DNA of 12,484 bases from an uncultured Deinococcales bacterium (GCA_964244895.1 CAXTKV010000142.1:1672-14155), one strand, 5' to 3'; positions 1-8,362 are shown, numbered from the stretch's first letter. The notes: generated from the sequence alone by a model not told the origin. Program-made: numbers and translations.

Positions 1-71
1 TGCTGGGTGCGTTCGGTGGTTTCGCGGATTGAGCGTTCCAGGTGATCGGTTTGTGCCGGCGTGCCTGCGCG

Positions 72-97
72 AGGGCAACCACAAGGGTTGCCCTTAC
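72..97 (-). repeat. REP-like hairpin (GTAAGGGCAACCCTTGTGGTTGCCCT on minus strand) just downstream of pncB
   Basis: AGGGCAACC (72-80) and GGTTGCCCT (86-94) are perfect inverted arms with a 5-nt loop. The flanking GTAA resembles the GTAG tetranucleotide of GTAG-type REPs. Confidence 0.6.
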
Positions 98-110
98 GAA
101 ATCGGTGTCG

Positions 111-1550
111 TCACGCCTGCATCTCGCGCTCGAGCTTTTCGATCAGTCGGGTGCGCACCTCGAACAGACCTTCGGACAGGCTGACGCGGTAAATGTGCGG
201 GTTCAGCAAGCGCAATGAACCCTCGGGCAACTGCGTCAATTGCTGGCTGGCGCGCTGCTGCACCGCCTCGAGCGTCTCGGGTTTAAGGGCGCGTTTCCCA
301 CCGTCCAGCACGATGGATCTGGCATCCTCGAGCCGCACACCTTCGGGGATGTACGTGCGGCGCAACGGGTTGGTCGGGTCGGTCACCAGATCGCCGGATT
401 TGGGCGTTTCGGCTTCCAGGCTCATCATGTCCAGCACGAACTGACCGTCCGCACCGAAGGCGCGCCAGACGCGTTTGGCGGAGGGAATGCTGGATTTCTC
501 GCGGTCGGCGGTCAGCTTGATTTTCGGGGCATCCTCGAGCTGCACCAGCTTGTACACGCCGCCCAGCGCGCCGCCGCCCTGCCCGCCGCCCGTGGCGAGT
601 TGCGTGCCGACGCCGTACGTGTCGATCCGCCCGCCCTCGCGGATGACAGATTCGATCACGTGCTCGTCCAGGTCGTTGCTGGCGACGATTCGGACGTTTT
701 CGAAGCCCGCCGCGTCCAGCGCGGTGCGTGCGCGCCGACTGAGGTATGCCAGGTCGCCGGAATCGAGCCGCACGCCCTTCATGTGATGCCCCTTCGCCTG
801 GAGTTCTCGGGCGACCGCGATCGCGTTCGGCAATCCGCTTTCCAGCGTGTCGTAGGTGTCGATCAGCAGGATGCAATCGTCCGGGAAGGCCGCCGCGTAC
901 GCGCGGAAAGCCTCGAGTTCCGAATCGAAGGCTTCCACCCAACTGTGCGCGTGCGTGCCGACCACCGGCAGCCCGAACACCTGTCCCGCCTCCACGTTGC
1001 TCGTGCCCCTCGCGCCACCGATGAAGGCCGCTCTCGCCGCGCTGAGTGCCCCGTCCGGCCCCTGCGCCCGCCGTGCGCCGAATTCGATGACCGTGCCGGG
1101 GCGCGCGCCCGAATGCGCCGCCGTGACGCACCGGGCGGCTTTGGTGGCCACCAGCGTCTGGAAGTTCAGGATGTTCAACAAGGCCGTCTCCACCAGTTGC
1201 GCCTCACCGAGCGCACCCGTCACGGACAGCAAGGGTTCGTGCGCGAACACGACGGAACCCTCCGGGAAGGCCGTCACGGTCGCGTTGAACCGCCAGTCTT
1301 TCAGGTACGCCAGAAAGTCATCGGTGAACATTTCCAGGCCGCGCAAGTACGCCAGGTGATCTTCGGTGAAGCGCAGGTGTTCCAGGTATTCCAGCGCCGT
1401 CTCCAATCCCGCCCAGACCGCGTAAGACCCGCCGAACGGCGCGCGTCGGAAGTACAGATCGAAGGTCGCGCGCTTCTCGAGCAACCCGTTTTCGTGATAC
1501 CCGGCGAGCATGGTGAGTTGGTAGAGGTCGGTAAATAGCGGGTTCGACAT
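111..1550 (-). CDS. pncB: Nicotinate phosphoribosyltransferase (479 aa)
   Basis: Motifs [55 protein letters not shown]. Start placed at ATG 1550 ([10 protein letters not shown]), where family similarity begins. Confidence 0.96.
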   Translation of the reverse strand: MSNPLFTDLYQLTMLAGYHENGLLEKRATFDLYFRRAPFGGSYAVWAGLETALEYLEHLRFTEDHLAYLRGLEMFTDDFLAYLKDWRFNATVTAFPEGSVVFAHEPLLSVTGALGEAQLVETALLNILNFQTLVATKAARCVTAAHSGARPGTVIEFGARRAQGPDGALSAARAAFIGGARGTSNVEAGQVFGLPVVGTHAHSWVEAFDSELEAFRAYAAAFPDDCILLIDTYDTLESGLPNAIAVARELQAKGHHMKGVRLDSGDLAYLSRRARTALDAAGFENVRIVASNDLDEHVIESVIREGGRIDTYGVGTQLATGGGQGGGALGGVYKLVQLEDAPKIKLTADREKSSIPSAKRVWRAFGADGQFVLDMMSLEAETPKSGDLVTDPTNPLRRTYIPEGVRLEDARSIVLDGGKRALKPETLEAVQQRASQQLTQLPEGSLRLLNPHIYRVSLSEGLFEVRTRLIEKLEREMQA

Positions 1551-1567
1551 GGCCTTGCCTTTCGGGG

Positions 1568-1586
1568 ATACCGTCTGGGACGGTAT
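1568..1586. repeat. Short-form copy of the intergenic palindrome family
   Basis: ATACCGTC-TGG-GACGGTAT, perfect 8-bp arms. Confidence 0.75.
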
Positions 1587-1702
1587 GTTCTGAATCTCGA
1601 GAATGCCGTGCTGAAGCGCGAGTAGCCCGTCAGCGATCCTGCCCGTCAGGTGCATGTTCAGGATCAAGACAGGTGCTGTCTCACGAGCAAGAACGGTGTT
1701 GG

Positions 1703-2374
1703 CTAGTCTATCCCCGAGACGATTTCCACTCCGTTCCTCTTCAACTGGTACAGGAACAGCGCGTGGTACAGGTCGCCGGGGTGATCCGGGGAATCCCAGG
1801 TCTGCGCGCAGTTCTCGGGCACAATCACGCGCTGACCCAATCCTCGCGCCAGCGTGCGGAGTTTCAGCCCGATGGCGAGGCTGTACAGGCACAGATCGGT
1901 CACGTCACCGACGGGGATCAGGACTTTCAGGTGCGGCCTGGCGTCCAGCCACGCCTCGAGCGGGGTGTCGACCAGGCTCGAGATCGAGTTCTTCTGGAGG
2001 TGCGTGAACGAATCCCAGTTGGGCAGCGCCTCGAGTTCCTGGACGGCGCGGGCTTCTACGGTGCCCTGGACGCAGTGGGGTGGGTAGGCGGTGAATTCTT
2101 CGGCGTTTTTGGGGTGGGAGTCCTGAATGAACACGATGTCCCTGATGCCCGCGTCCGAGGCGCGCTGCACGAGGCTCACGATGTTCGGGATGATCGCGGT
2201 GACGCGCGGGCTGGCGAGTGGCCCGACCCGGCAGAATCCCTCGATCAGATCGACGGACAGCAGGGCAATTTCGGACGGTTGAACGCCCAGTTCCAGCAGT
2301 TTGATTGGCGCGAGGTTCGAGCGCCACGTCTCGAGTTCGTTGAGGTGGTTCTGGCTCGTTTCTGTGAGGGACAC
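1703..2374 (-). CDS. pncA: Isochorismatase-family cysteine hydrolase, probably nicotinamidase (223 aa)
   Basis: VDLIEGF, DSH, PPHC, KN and GDVTDLC give the D-K-C triad plus metal ligands. GTG start follows AGGAGG, and the gene lies directly upstream of pncB. Confidence 0.8.
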   Translation of the reverse strand: MSLTETSQNHLNELETWRSNLAPIKLLELGVQPSEIALLSVDLIEGFCRVGPLASPRVTAIIPNIVSLVQRASDAGIRDIVFIQDSHPKNAEEFTAYPPHCVQGTVEARAVQELEALPNWDSFTHLQKNSISSLVDTPLEAWLDARPHLKVLIPVGDVTDLCLYSLAIGLKLRTLARGLGQRVIVPENCAQTWDSPDHPGDLYHALFLYQLKRNGVEIVSGID

Positions 2375-2456
2375 GGTGTCCTCCTGGTGGTGAGTTTCGT
2401 CGTTCGGGGTGGTCAACGTCAAGCTCGGGATCGGGCGGATCATCTTAGCTGCACTA

Positions 2457-2485
2457 AGCATATATGTGTATTGCAGATATGTCAA
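2457..2485 (-). promoter_or_regulatory. Sigma70-type promoter of the pncA-pncB operon
   Basis: Minus strand reads TTGACA (2485-2480), 17 nt, TATGCT (2462-2457), in an AT-rich patch about 80 nt upstream of the start. Confidence 0.85.
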
Positions 2486-2498
2486 GATAGCGCTCGAG

Positions 2499-2720
2499 AA
2501 CACCGTGGTGGACGATATTTATCGCGTCTCGAGAACCTGATACTGGACGGTTCCCTCGGTCGCTCGAGATGAATTTCATGCGCGAGGGCGAACACGTCGT
2601 ACCTGCACGCATGGGCGTGACGTTCACCCTACGGGAAAACCGTGTGGGACGATGTTTTTGCGTCGACAGAAACACCGTGTGGGACGGTGTTCCCGTATTC
2701 TCGAGCAAACCGTCCCGGAC
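2499..2720. repeat. Cluster of palindrome-family copies
   Basis: AACACCGTGGTGGACGATATT (2499), AAAACCGTGTGGGACGATGTT (2636), AACACCGTGTGGGACGGTGTT (2671), AAACCGTCCCGGAC (2707), interspersed with CTCGAG. Confidence 0.75.
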
Positions 2721-2769
2721 GCGAACCTCGAGCACGAAATCCAAATCTCGCGCTCGAGGACGCTGTTCC

Positions 2770-4344
2770 TCACTTGACGGTCTGCAAATTCGCCACGCAC
2801 ATCTCGTCCTGGGTGCTTTCACCCCAGACGACGTAACGCGGCTTGCCCTGCGCGCCATTCACCCACGGCTGATGCTGCGCGCTGTTATCAAACGTGCAGG
2901 TCAACCGCACCCGGTCGCCCGCGCGCAACGGCACGGGTTGCTGGAACCAGTACCCGCTCTGCCAGTGGAAATCCCAGCGCGGAATGTCTAGCAGGACCTG
3001 ATGTTTCGGCGTGTCCGGATTCAGCTCTATTTTCAGATTCGTGCCCAGCACGTGCATGTGCCCCTGCGTGCCCAGCGCCAGTTGATCCTTGCTGATGGGA
3101 AATTCGCAACTCGTGGTGATCTCGTCTTCCTTGCCGGGCGTGACGCCGTTCAATGGCGCTTGCTCGCGGCAGTATTTGAGCAATGCTCCACCTTCCAGAA
3201 TCTTCGTCAGCCAATCCTCCTGGTACGGGCGCACCGCGTCGTAACCGGCGTTGCGGTTGCAGCGGTCGCTCGAGTCCATCGGGTACGCGCCCGCGCACGG
3301 GATTTCAACCGGCGCGACCAGACCGAGCAAGCTGATCGGCCTGAGCGGTTCGTCTGAGAAGTACATCTGGGCCGCCGTCCGATCCGCGCCGCCCTCGCCG
3401 CCAATCAGGTTGTAATGCACCTGCACCACCAGTTGCGCGCCCGGTTTGAGCACCACGCCCGTACCCGTCGGGTACTTCACCGCCGCCACGCCCGGAACCC
3501 AACTGCCGACGTAGCCCAGCGTGTCCGGGCCGTTGGACAGGAAATCCGCGTCCGTCACCTGCGCTGCCGCCGCCGTGGCGAGCGCATCGTTGCCGATGCC
3601 GGGCCCGCCGAAGCACGACCAACCGCCGCGCCCATCCTGTTTCTTCTCGAGCGTTCGGGCTTCATCCAGGAACCGTCCGGTCGCCTGGAAGATCAGCACG
3701 TGATGCACCAAGCGCGCGTTGCCCGGCAGGATGTTGTAGCCCGACAGGTAGCGTGTGGACGTCAATTGCGGGTCGATCAGAAAGCAGCGGTACTCGTCCG
3801 TCAGGCTGGTGTCCGGTTTGAAATCTCGCCCGATGTCCACGGTCAGATCCGGCTGGCGTTTCTCGAGGGCGAGTTTGAGGCTCGGTTTCGCATCGCTCGC
3901 CTGACCCATCGGAGCGCCCGCCCACGACCAGTTGGCGATCACGGCGATCTCGTCGTCACTAAGCCTCATCTCGCCCTTGAACTTCGGGCCTTCGCCGCCC
4001 GGCAACCACGGCGGCATGCGCTTCGACGCGACCGCGATTTTGGCCGCCCGCGCGTGCTCCGCGACCGAAGCCGCATCGTCCAGCGCAAACGGCGCGATGC
4101 CGCCCGCCGTGTGGCACGAGGTGCAGTGCTGATCCAGGATCGGTTTGACATCCTTGAAATACGTCGGGATATACGGCAAGAGCTTCGGCTGGCTGGACGC
4201 CCACTCCGTCTGGGACGCCTGCATCAGACCGGACGGCCTGGCGCGCGTCTCACCGACGGACAGCAAGCGCGATCCCGCCAGCGCCCCGCCCAGCACGCCC
4301 AGACCCGCGACCAGCACCGCCCACCGCCACCTCGAGATCGACAT
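2770..4344 (-). CDS. Secreted protein with c-type heme motif and copper type II (PHM/DBH-like) monooxygenase domains (524 aa)
   Basis: Basic then hydrophobic N-terminus; CTSCH (4111-4125); VHHVL and HYN (CuH-like); HMH and DEMC (CuM-like); WDFHWQ. Confidence 0.82.
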   Translation of the reverse strand: MSISRWRWAVLVAGLGVLGGALAGSRLLSVGETRARPSGLMQASQTEWASSQPKLLPYIPTYFKDVKPILDQHCTSCHTAGGIAPFALDDAASVAEHARAAKIAVASKRMPPWLPGGEGPKFKGEMRLSDDEIAVIANWSWAGAPMGQASDAKPSLKLALEKRQPDLTVDIGRDFKPDTSLTDEYRCFLIDPQLTSTRYLSGYNILPGNARLVHHVLIFQATGRFLDEARTLEKKQDGRGGWSCFGGPGIGNDALATAAAAQVTDADFLSNGPDTLGYVGSWVPGVAAVKYPTGTGVVLKPGAQLVVQVHYNLIGGEGGADRTAAQMYFSDEPLRPISLLGLVAPVEIPCAGAYPMDSSDRCNRNAGYDAVRPYQEDWLTKILEGGALLKYCREQAPLNGVTPGKEDEITTSCEFPISKDQLALGTQGHMHVLGTNLKIELNPDTPKHQVLLDIPRWDFHWQSGYWFQQPVPLRAGDRVRLTCTFDNSAQHQPWVNGAQGKPRYVVWGESTQDEMCVANLQTVK

Positions 4345-4527
4345 GAACGCATCGTGACACGATGCCCCGAATGCGACCTTGATCTCAGTTACAACTCAGG
4401 CCCGAAAAGGTGTCGATGAAGTCTCGAGCATTGCGCCTCGGACACACGAAATTCACGCGTTTCAAACGAGCTCGAGCCATCATTCAATACACGCGCTCGA
4501 CCCTCACTTTGACCTTTTACCTGCTTC

Positions 4528-4833
4528 CTAAACCAGCGCGATCACGTACCCCACGAACCCCAGCGCCGCCAGGAGCGCGTGCGGTCTGGAACCACCCCGG
4601 AAGCGCGGCAGCACCGCCAACGCGCCCAGCGTCAACACCAGCGCCCACCACCTGGAACCCGTCAGGATCAGCCCGAGCGTTCCCGCCAGCGCCCCCGCGA
4701 ACACGAGCGCGTATAACGCGTGATGCACCCACCTGAACCGCCGCGTGCTGACCAGCCGGAATTGCACGCCCACACCCAACAGCAAGTTGGCGACGTACAA
4801 CCCGAATCCCAACCACGGCAACGCGTGCATCAC
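4528..4833 (-). CDS. Small integral membrane hypothetical protein (about 100 aa, roughly 4 TM)
   Basis: Hydrophobic segments with short basic loops and paired HH/H residues. GTG/ATG start lies 6 nt after TATACT. Confidence 0.75.
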   Translation of the reverse strand: MMHALPWLGFGLYVANLLLGVGVQFRLVSTRRFRWVHHALYALVFAGALAGTLGLILTGSRWWALVLTLGALAVLPRFRGGSRPHALLAALGFVGYVIALV

Positions 4834-4839
4834 GGCTCG

Positions 4840-4845
4840 AGTATA
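4840..4845 (-). promoter_or_regulatory. -10 box, probable leaderless transcript
   Basis: TATACT-cgagcc-GTG with no Shine-Dalgarno. Confidence 0.65.
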
Positions 4846-4862
4846 CGGCGGAGGGTGACGGG

Positions 4863-4924
4863 AAGACCGTCCCAGACGAGGTTCCTCGAGGTATGATTAT
4901 CGCGTGCTGGACGGTGTTCTCGAG
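4863..4924. repeat. Palindrome-family copies between divergent genes
   Basis: AAGACCGTCCCAGACG (4863) and GTGCTGGACGGTGTTCTCGAG (4904-4924). Confidence 0.7.
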
Positions 4925-4987
4925 CTGTGATCGCTCGAGATTGACCGCGTGCAAGCCACCACGCAGGATTGCAGCTTCAGTGTCCGG

Positions 4988-4993
4988 TACAAT
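4988..4993 (+). promoter_or_regulatory. -10 box, probable leaderless transcript of FKBP gene
   Basis: TACAAT-gcgcc-ATG with no Shine-Dalgarno. Confidence 0.65.
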
Positions 4994-4998
4994 GCGCC

Positions 4999-5328
4999 AT
5001 GCCAAACGAACTGATCATCGAAGACACCGTCATCGGCACGGGCGCGACCGCATCTGCAGGGCAAACGGTCAGCGTGCATTACACCGGCATGTTCCCGGAT
5101 GGACGCAAATTCGATTCCAGCCTGGATCGCCGCCAAGCCTTCGAGTTTCCCCTCGGGGACGGAGCCGTCATCAAAGGCTGGGATGAAGGCGTGCAGGGCA
5201 TGCGCGTCGGCAGCAAGCGCAAACTGACGATCCCACCGCATCTGGGGTACGGCGCTCGGGGCGCGGGCAACGTGATCCCGCCCAATGCCACGCTTGTCTT
5301 CGAGGTCGAGTTGCTGGACGTAAAGTAA
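4999..5328 (+). CDS. FKBP-type peptidyl-prolyl cis-trans isomerase (109 aa)
   Basis: [42 protein letters not shown]. Confidence 0.96.
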   Translation: MPNELIIEDTVIGTGATASAGQTVSVHYTGMFPDGRKFDSSLDRRQAFEFPLGDGAVIKGWDEGVQGMRVGSKRKLTIPPHLGYGARGAGNVIPPNATLVFEVELLDVK

Positions 5329-5359
5329 AGGTTGCTCGAGAGATGAATATTAACGGTGA

Positions 5360-5407
5360 GAATACAGTCCAGCACGCAAATTATGAAATGTGTGCTGGAC
5401 GGTGTTC
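5360..5407. repeat. Long-form hairpin repeat, left boundary of low-GC cassette
   Basis: GAATACAGTCCAGCACGCA, 10 nt, TGTGTGCTGGACGGTGTTC; 16 of 19 arm positions are complementary. Confidence 0.85.
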
Positions 5408-5510
5408 ATCATAAAGAGTCATTAACGAAATACTTTCAGTAGGGATGGATGATTCGGCTTATTCAAGATATTGTGTCTTTAAAACAGTTTCACGCAAGAT
5501 GTGCTATATG

Positions 5511-5539
5511 AATAATGTTACCAGTCCAGTAACATTATT
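5511..5539. promoter_or_regulatory. Perfect AT-rich inverted repeat, putative protein-binding site
   Basis: AATAATGTTAC-CAGTCCA-GTAACATTATT (11-7-11). Confidence 0.55.
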
Positions 5540-5611
5540 TTGACGTGCTGGACGTGACAAATCATGGATCGAATCGCGTGTACACTGACCAACGTAGGAG
5601 GTGAACGATCA

Positions 5612-5839
5612 ATGGGAAAACTCGTCAGTTTTTTTCTGGGTGCTGTGCCAAACGCTCTTGAGGGTGCGGCGCGCATCTTGGACTTTGGAAATACCTTGAC
5701 CGTCTACAACACCTCGAGCGACCCGACAGAGGCCGATGTTCGCGCCATGCGCGCAGACTGGTCACTCCTGGGCAGTGACATGCGATCCGCGATTCGTTCC
5801 GTGAAGAACGAGATCGAGGGATCGTCTAGTGTCCAATAA
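5612..5839 (+). CDS. Small hypothetical protein (75 aa) upstream of the DUF2335 gene
   Basis: Strong SD AGGAGGT (5596-5602) and TACACT -10 (5581-5586). The stop overlaps the next gene by 11 nt. Confidence 0.75.
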   Translation: MGKLVSFFLGAVPNALEGAARILDFGNTLTVYNTSSDPTEADVRAMRADWSLLGSDMRSAIRSVKNEIEGSSSVQ

Positions 5840-6272
5840 GAGAGCCAAAGCGCAACGCCGTGATGGGATCGCGCGTGACAAGTCAGGTAATACCATTGCC
5901 ATGCAAGAAACCCGCATGGAATGGAGGTCAGGACCGTTACCTGATGCAGAGGAACTAGAGCGCCTCGAGCGGCTTGTCCCCGGTTCAGCAGAACGCATCA
6001 TCCAGAAATTCGAGCAGCAGGTTGATCATCGCCACAGTTTAGAGAATTTTGTGATTCATTCCGGCGCGCAACGCTCGAGGCAAGGTCTCGCCGCCGGGTT
6101 TATCGTAGCCTTATCAGGGTTTGGCGTGGCGATCTATGGACTTTCAACAGGTCACGAAATCGCCGCAGCTATAATTGGCGGTCTCGATTTGGTTGGCCTG
6201 GTGACGGTGTTCGTTACTGGTAGCGCTCAACAACGACAAGAGCGGGGGCAGAAGGATAAACTTGCTCGTTAG
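5829..6272 (+). CDS. DUF2335-family membrane protein (147 aa)
   Basis: SGPLPDAEELERLERLVPGSAERII...EQQVDHRH signature followed by two TM helices; GTG start. Confidence 0.85.
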   Translation: MSNKRAKAQRRDGIARDKSGNTIAMQETRMEWRSGPLPDAEELERLERLVPGSAERIIQKFEQQVDHRHSLENFVIHSGAQRSRQGLAAGFIVALSGFGVAIYGLSTGHEIAAAIIGGLDLVGLVTVFVTGSAQQRQERGQKDKLAR

Positions 6273-6315
6273 CGACCTGAGAAAGATCATCGTTTTCAAG
6301 CCTACATATACCTGA

Positions 6316-6377
6316 TGCGCAAGAACACCGTCCAGCACGCATCCTAAGACTTGTGTGCTGGACGGTGTTCTTGCGCA
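6316..6377. repeat. Long-form hairpin repeat, right boundary of low-GC cassette
   Basis: Perfect 23-bp inverted arms: TGCGCAAGAACACCGTCCAGCAC (6316-6338) and its complement (6355-6377). Confidence 0.92.
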
Positions 6378-6453
6378 CTGCACTTTCTCGAGAACGCTTG
6401 AAGTGCTACCCTTGAACCCGCATCGAGCGTCAACCTCGAGCCAGAGGGGTTCA

Positions 6454-7806
6454 ATGAAAGCGCACATCATCACGTACGGTTGCCAGATGAACGAGTACGA
6501 CACGCACATGGTCGAATCGCAACTCGTGGCGTTGGGGACGGAACTCGTGTCCAGCGTGGACGACGCGGATTTCGTGCTGATCAACACCTGCGCGGTGCGC
6601 GGTAAACCCGTGGACAAGGTCAAGGCCGTGCTGGGCGATTTGCGCAAACTCAAGCGCTCGCGTGGACTGATGGTCGGCGTGATGGGTTGCCTGGCGCAAC
6701 TCGAGGAAGGCCAGCAGATCGCTCGAAAGTACGAGGTCGACGTGCTGCTCGGGCCGGGCGCGCTGACGGACATCGGCGCGGCGCTGGAATCGAACACTCG
6801 CTTCTGGAGCCTGGCCTTCAAGGACGAGATTCACGACGTGATCCCGCCGCCACCCGTCGGCAAGCTATCGGCGCACCTGACGATTCAGCGCGGTTGCGAT
6901 CACCACTGCACGTACTGCATCGTGCCGACCACGCGCGGGCCGCAGGTCAGCCGCAAACCGGGCGACATCATGCAGGAACTGGACGCGATGATTGGGGCGG
7001 GCGTCCTGGAGGTCACGCTGTTGGGGCAGAACGTGAACTCTTACGGCAAGGATCAGCCCGGATCGCCGCGCTTCGGGGAACTCTTGCGGATGGTCGGTAA
7101 AAGCGGCATTCCGCGCGTCAAGTTCACGACCTCGCACCCGATGGATTTCACGGACGACATCATCGAAGCCATCGCGGACGCGCCGAACATCTGCAAGTAC
7201 ATTCATCTGCCCGTCCAGTCCGGTTCGGATCGCGTTCTGAAACGCATGGGCCGCGAGTACACGCGCGACTGGTATCTCGAGCGGATCGAGAAGATCAGGG
7301 CGCTCGTGCCGGACATGTTCCTGTCCACCGACATCATCGTGGGCTTTCCCGGCGAGACCGAGGAAGATTTTCAGGAGACGATCAGTTTGTACGACGCCGT
7401 CGGTTACGATGCCGCGTACATGTTCATCTACTCGGCGCGCCAGGGAACGCCGTCTTACGCGCACTTCGATGACCTGCCGCGCGAACTCAAGACGGAGCGG
7501 TTGCAGCGATTGATCGAGGTTCAAAAGGACTGGAGTTTGCGCCGCAACACCGCGCTGGTCGGGCGAGAACTCCAGGCCCTGATCCGAGGCCCCGCCTACG
7601 AGCCGAGCTTCGTGGAAGGTCACACGGAGGGCAACCACCCGATCCTCCTGCCCGCTTCCGAAGCGCCCGGCCCCGGCCTGTACCGCGCCCGGATCGAACA
7701 CGCCACGCCGCACATGCTCTTCGGTAAGGTCACGGAAACCATTCAGACCTCGAGCATCGCGCCCGCGCTGCACGCCTCGCCCGTGATCTCGAGCGCGACG
7801 CTGTAA
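6454..7806 (+). CDS. miaB: tRNA i6A37 methylthiotransferase MiaB (450 aa)
   Basis: TYGCQMN, NTCAVR, GCLAQ; radical [33 protein letters not shown]-like C-terminus; SD-like AGAGGGG. Confidence 0.94.
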   Translation: MKAHIITYGCQMNEYDTHMVESQLVALGTELVSSVDDADFVLINTCAVRGKPVDKVKAVLGDLRKLKRSRGLMVGVMGCLAQLEEGQQIARKYEVDVLLGPGALTDIGAALESNTRFWSLAFKDEIHDVIPPPPVGKLSAHLTIQRGCDHHCTYCIVPTTRGPQVSRKPGDIMQELDAMIGAGVLEVTLLGQNVNSYGKDQPGSPRFGELLRMVGKSGIPRVKFTTSHPMDFTDDIIEAIADAPNICKYIHLPVQSGSDRVLKRMGREYTRDWYLERIEKIRALVPDMFLSTDIIVGFPGETEEDFQETISLYDAVGYDAAYMFIYSARQGTPSYAHFDDLPRELKTERLQRLIEVQKDWSLRRNTALVGRELQALIRGPAYEPSFVEGHTEGNHPILLPASEAPGPGLYRARIEHATPHMLFGKVTETIQTSSIAPALHASPVISSATL

Positions 7807-7835
7807 TTTTTATGGGGACTCAAAAGCTTGCCTTT

Positions 7836-7876
7836 CTCCCCTCTCCCGCTTCTGAGAGAGGGGTCGGGGGTGAGGG
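7836..7876 (+). repeat. CCCCTCTCCC...GAGAGGGG-TCGGGGGTGAGGG type REP-like element
   Basis: CCCCTCTC/GAGAGGGG stem followed by a GGGGGTGAGGG tail, downstream of miaB. It resembles a widespread intergenic repeat type (from recall). Confidence 0.65.
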
Positions 7877-7890
7877 CGCTCCAAACGGTT

Positions 7891-7951
7891 ACACCGTTCC
7901 ACACGCAAAAATGAATGTCCGAGAAACACTGTTCAGGACGGTGTTTCTCGG
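7891..7951. repeat. Palindrome-family copies upstream of the membrane protein gene
   Basis: ACACCGTTCCACACG (7891) and hairpin CCGAGAAACACTGTTCAGGACGGTGTTTCTCGG (7919-7951). Confidence 0.8.
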
Positions 7952-7960
7952 GGGGTACGC

Positions 7961-8362
7961 GTGAATTTCCCGCCGCAAGCCATCGCGCTCGGGGTGCTGG
8001 TCGGGCTGGGATTCGGTTACGCGACCTTCGGGCTGATCACGGTGCTTTCCAACGTGATCGTGGGTCAACGGTTGTGGTGGCTGGAATGGGGTTTCGGGTT
8101 GGTGGTCGCGGCGCTGGTGTCGGTTCAGTTCTCGCGAATTCAATCCCAGCAAGCCAACGCGCCCCGAGCGGATCGCGGCGAACGGGTCATCTGGCGGTTG
8201 TCGTACCGTCGTGGGCGCACCCTGAGCTTGGATCAGATCACCGCAGAGACCATGCTGGACGAAACTGCCGCGCTCGCTGCGCTCCGAAATCTGGAATCGC
8301 AAGGCCAGGCTGAAGCGCTCGAGGACGGTCGCTGGCATCTGCTCGAGCTGCCCCGGACGTGA
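7961..8362 (+). CDS. Hypothetical 2-TM membrane protein with possible C-terminal winged-helix-like domain (133 aa)
   Basis: Two hydrophobic helices, then LSLDQITAETMLDETAALAALRNLESQG. GTGA overlap with the next gene. Confidence 0.7.
   Translation: MNFPPQAIALGVLVGLGFGYATFGLITVLSNVIVGQRLWWLEWGFGLVVAALVSVQFSRIQSQQANAPRADRGERVIWRLSYRRGRTLSLDQITAETMLDETAALAALRNLESQGQAEALEDGRWHLLELPRT

Noticed and set aside
240..1538. Long antisense or alternate-frame ORFs (also 3415-4419, 6865-7773, 8233-9318, 11038-12213)
   Set aside because: These are shadows of well-supported genes in GC-rich DNA and show no recognisable motifs.
1606..1686. tRNA (cloverleaf-sized structure)
   Set aside because: No T-loop or D-loop consensus, no 7-bp acceptor stem and no CCA end.
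1551..1892. 114-codon N-terminal extension of pncB, or a frameshifted PncA-PncB fusion
   Set aside because: It overlaps pncA out of frame, has no family-like sequence and no obvious slippery site. Long open frames are common at high GC.
2375..2503. Longer pncA start from the ORF track
   Set aside because: It runs through the promoter, whereas GTG 2374 has a strong AGGAGG.
2499..2720. CRISPR array
   Set aside because: The units are degenerate, the linkers are only about 14 nt, there are few copies, and no cas genes are present.
5330..6380. Autonomous IS element or prophage
   Set aside because: No transposase, integrase or phage structural gene, and no clear target-site duplication apart from the hairpins.
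6355..6453. N-terminal extension of MiaB
   Set aside because: It starts inside the hairpin repeat. Homology and the SD point to ATG 6454.
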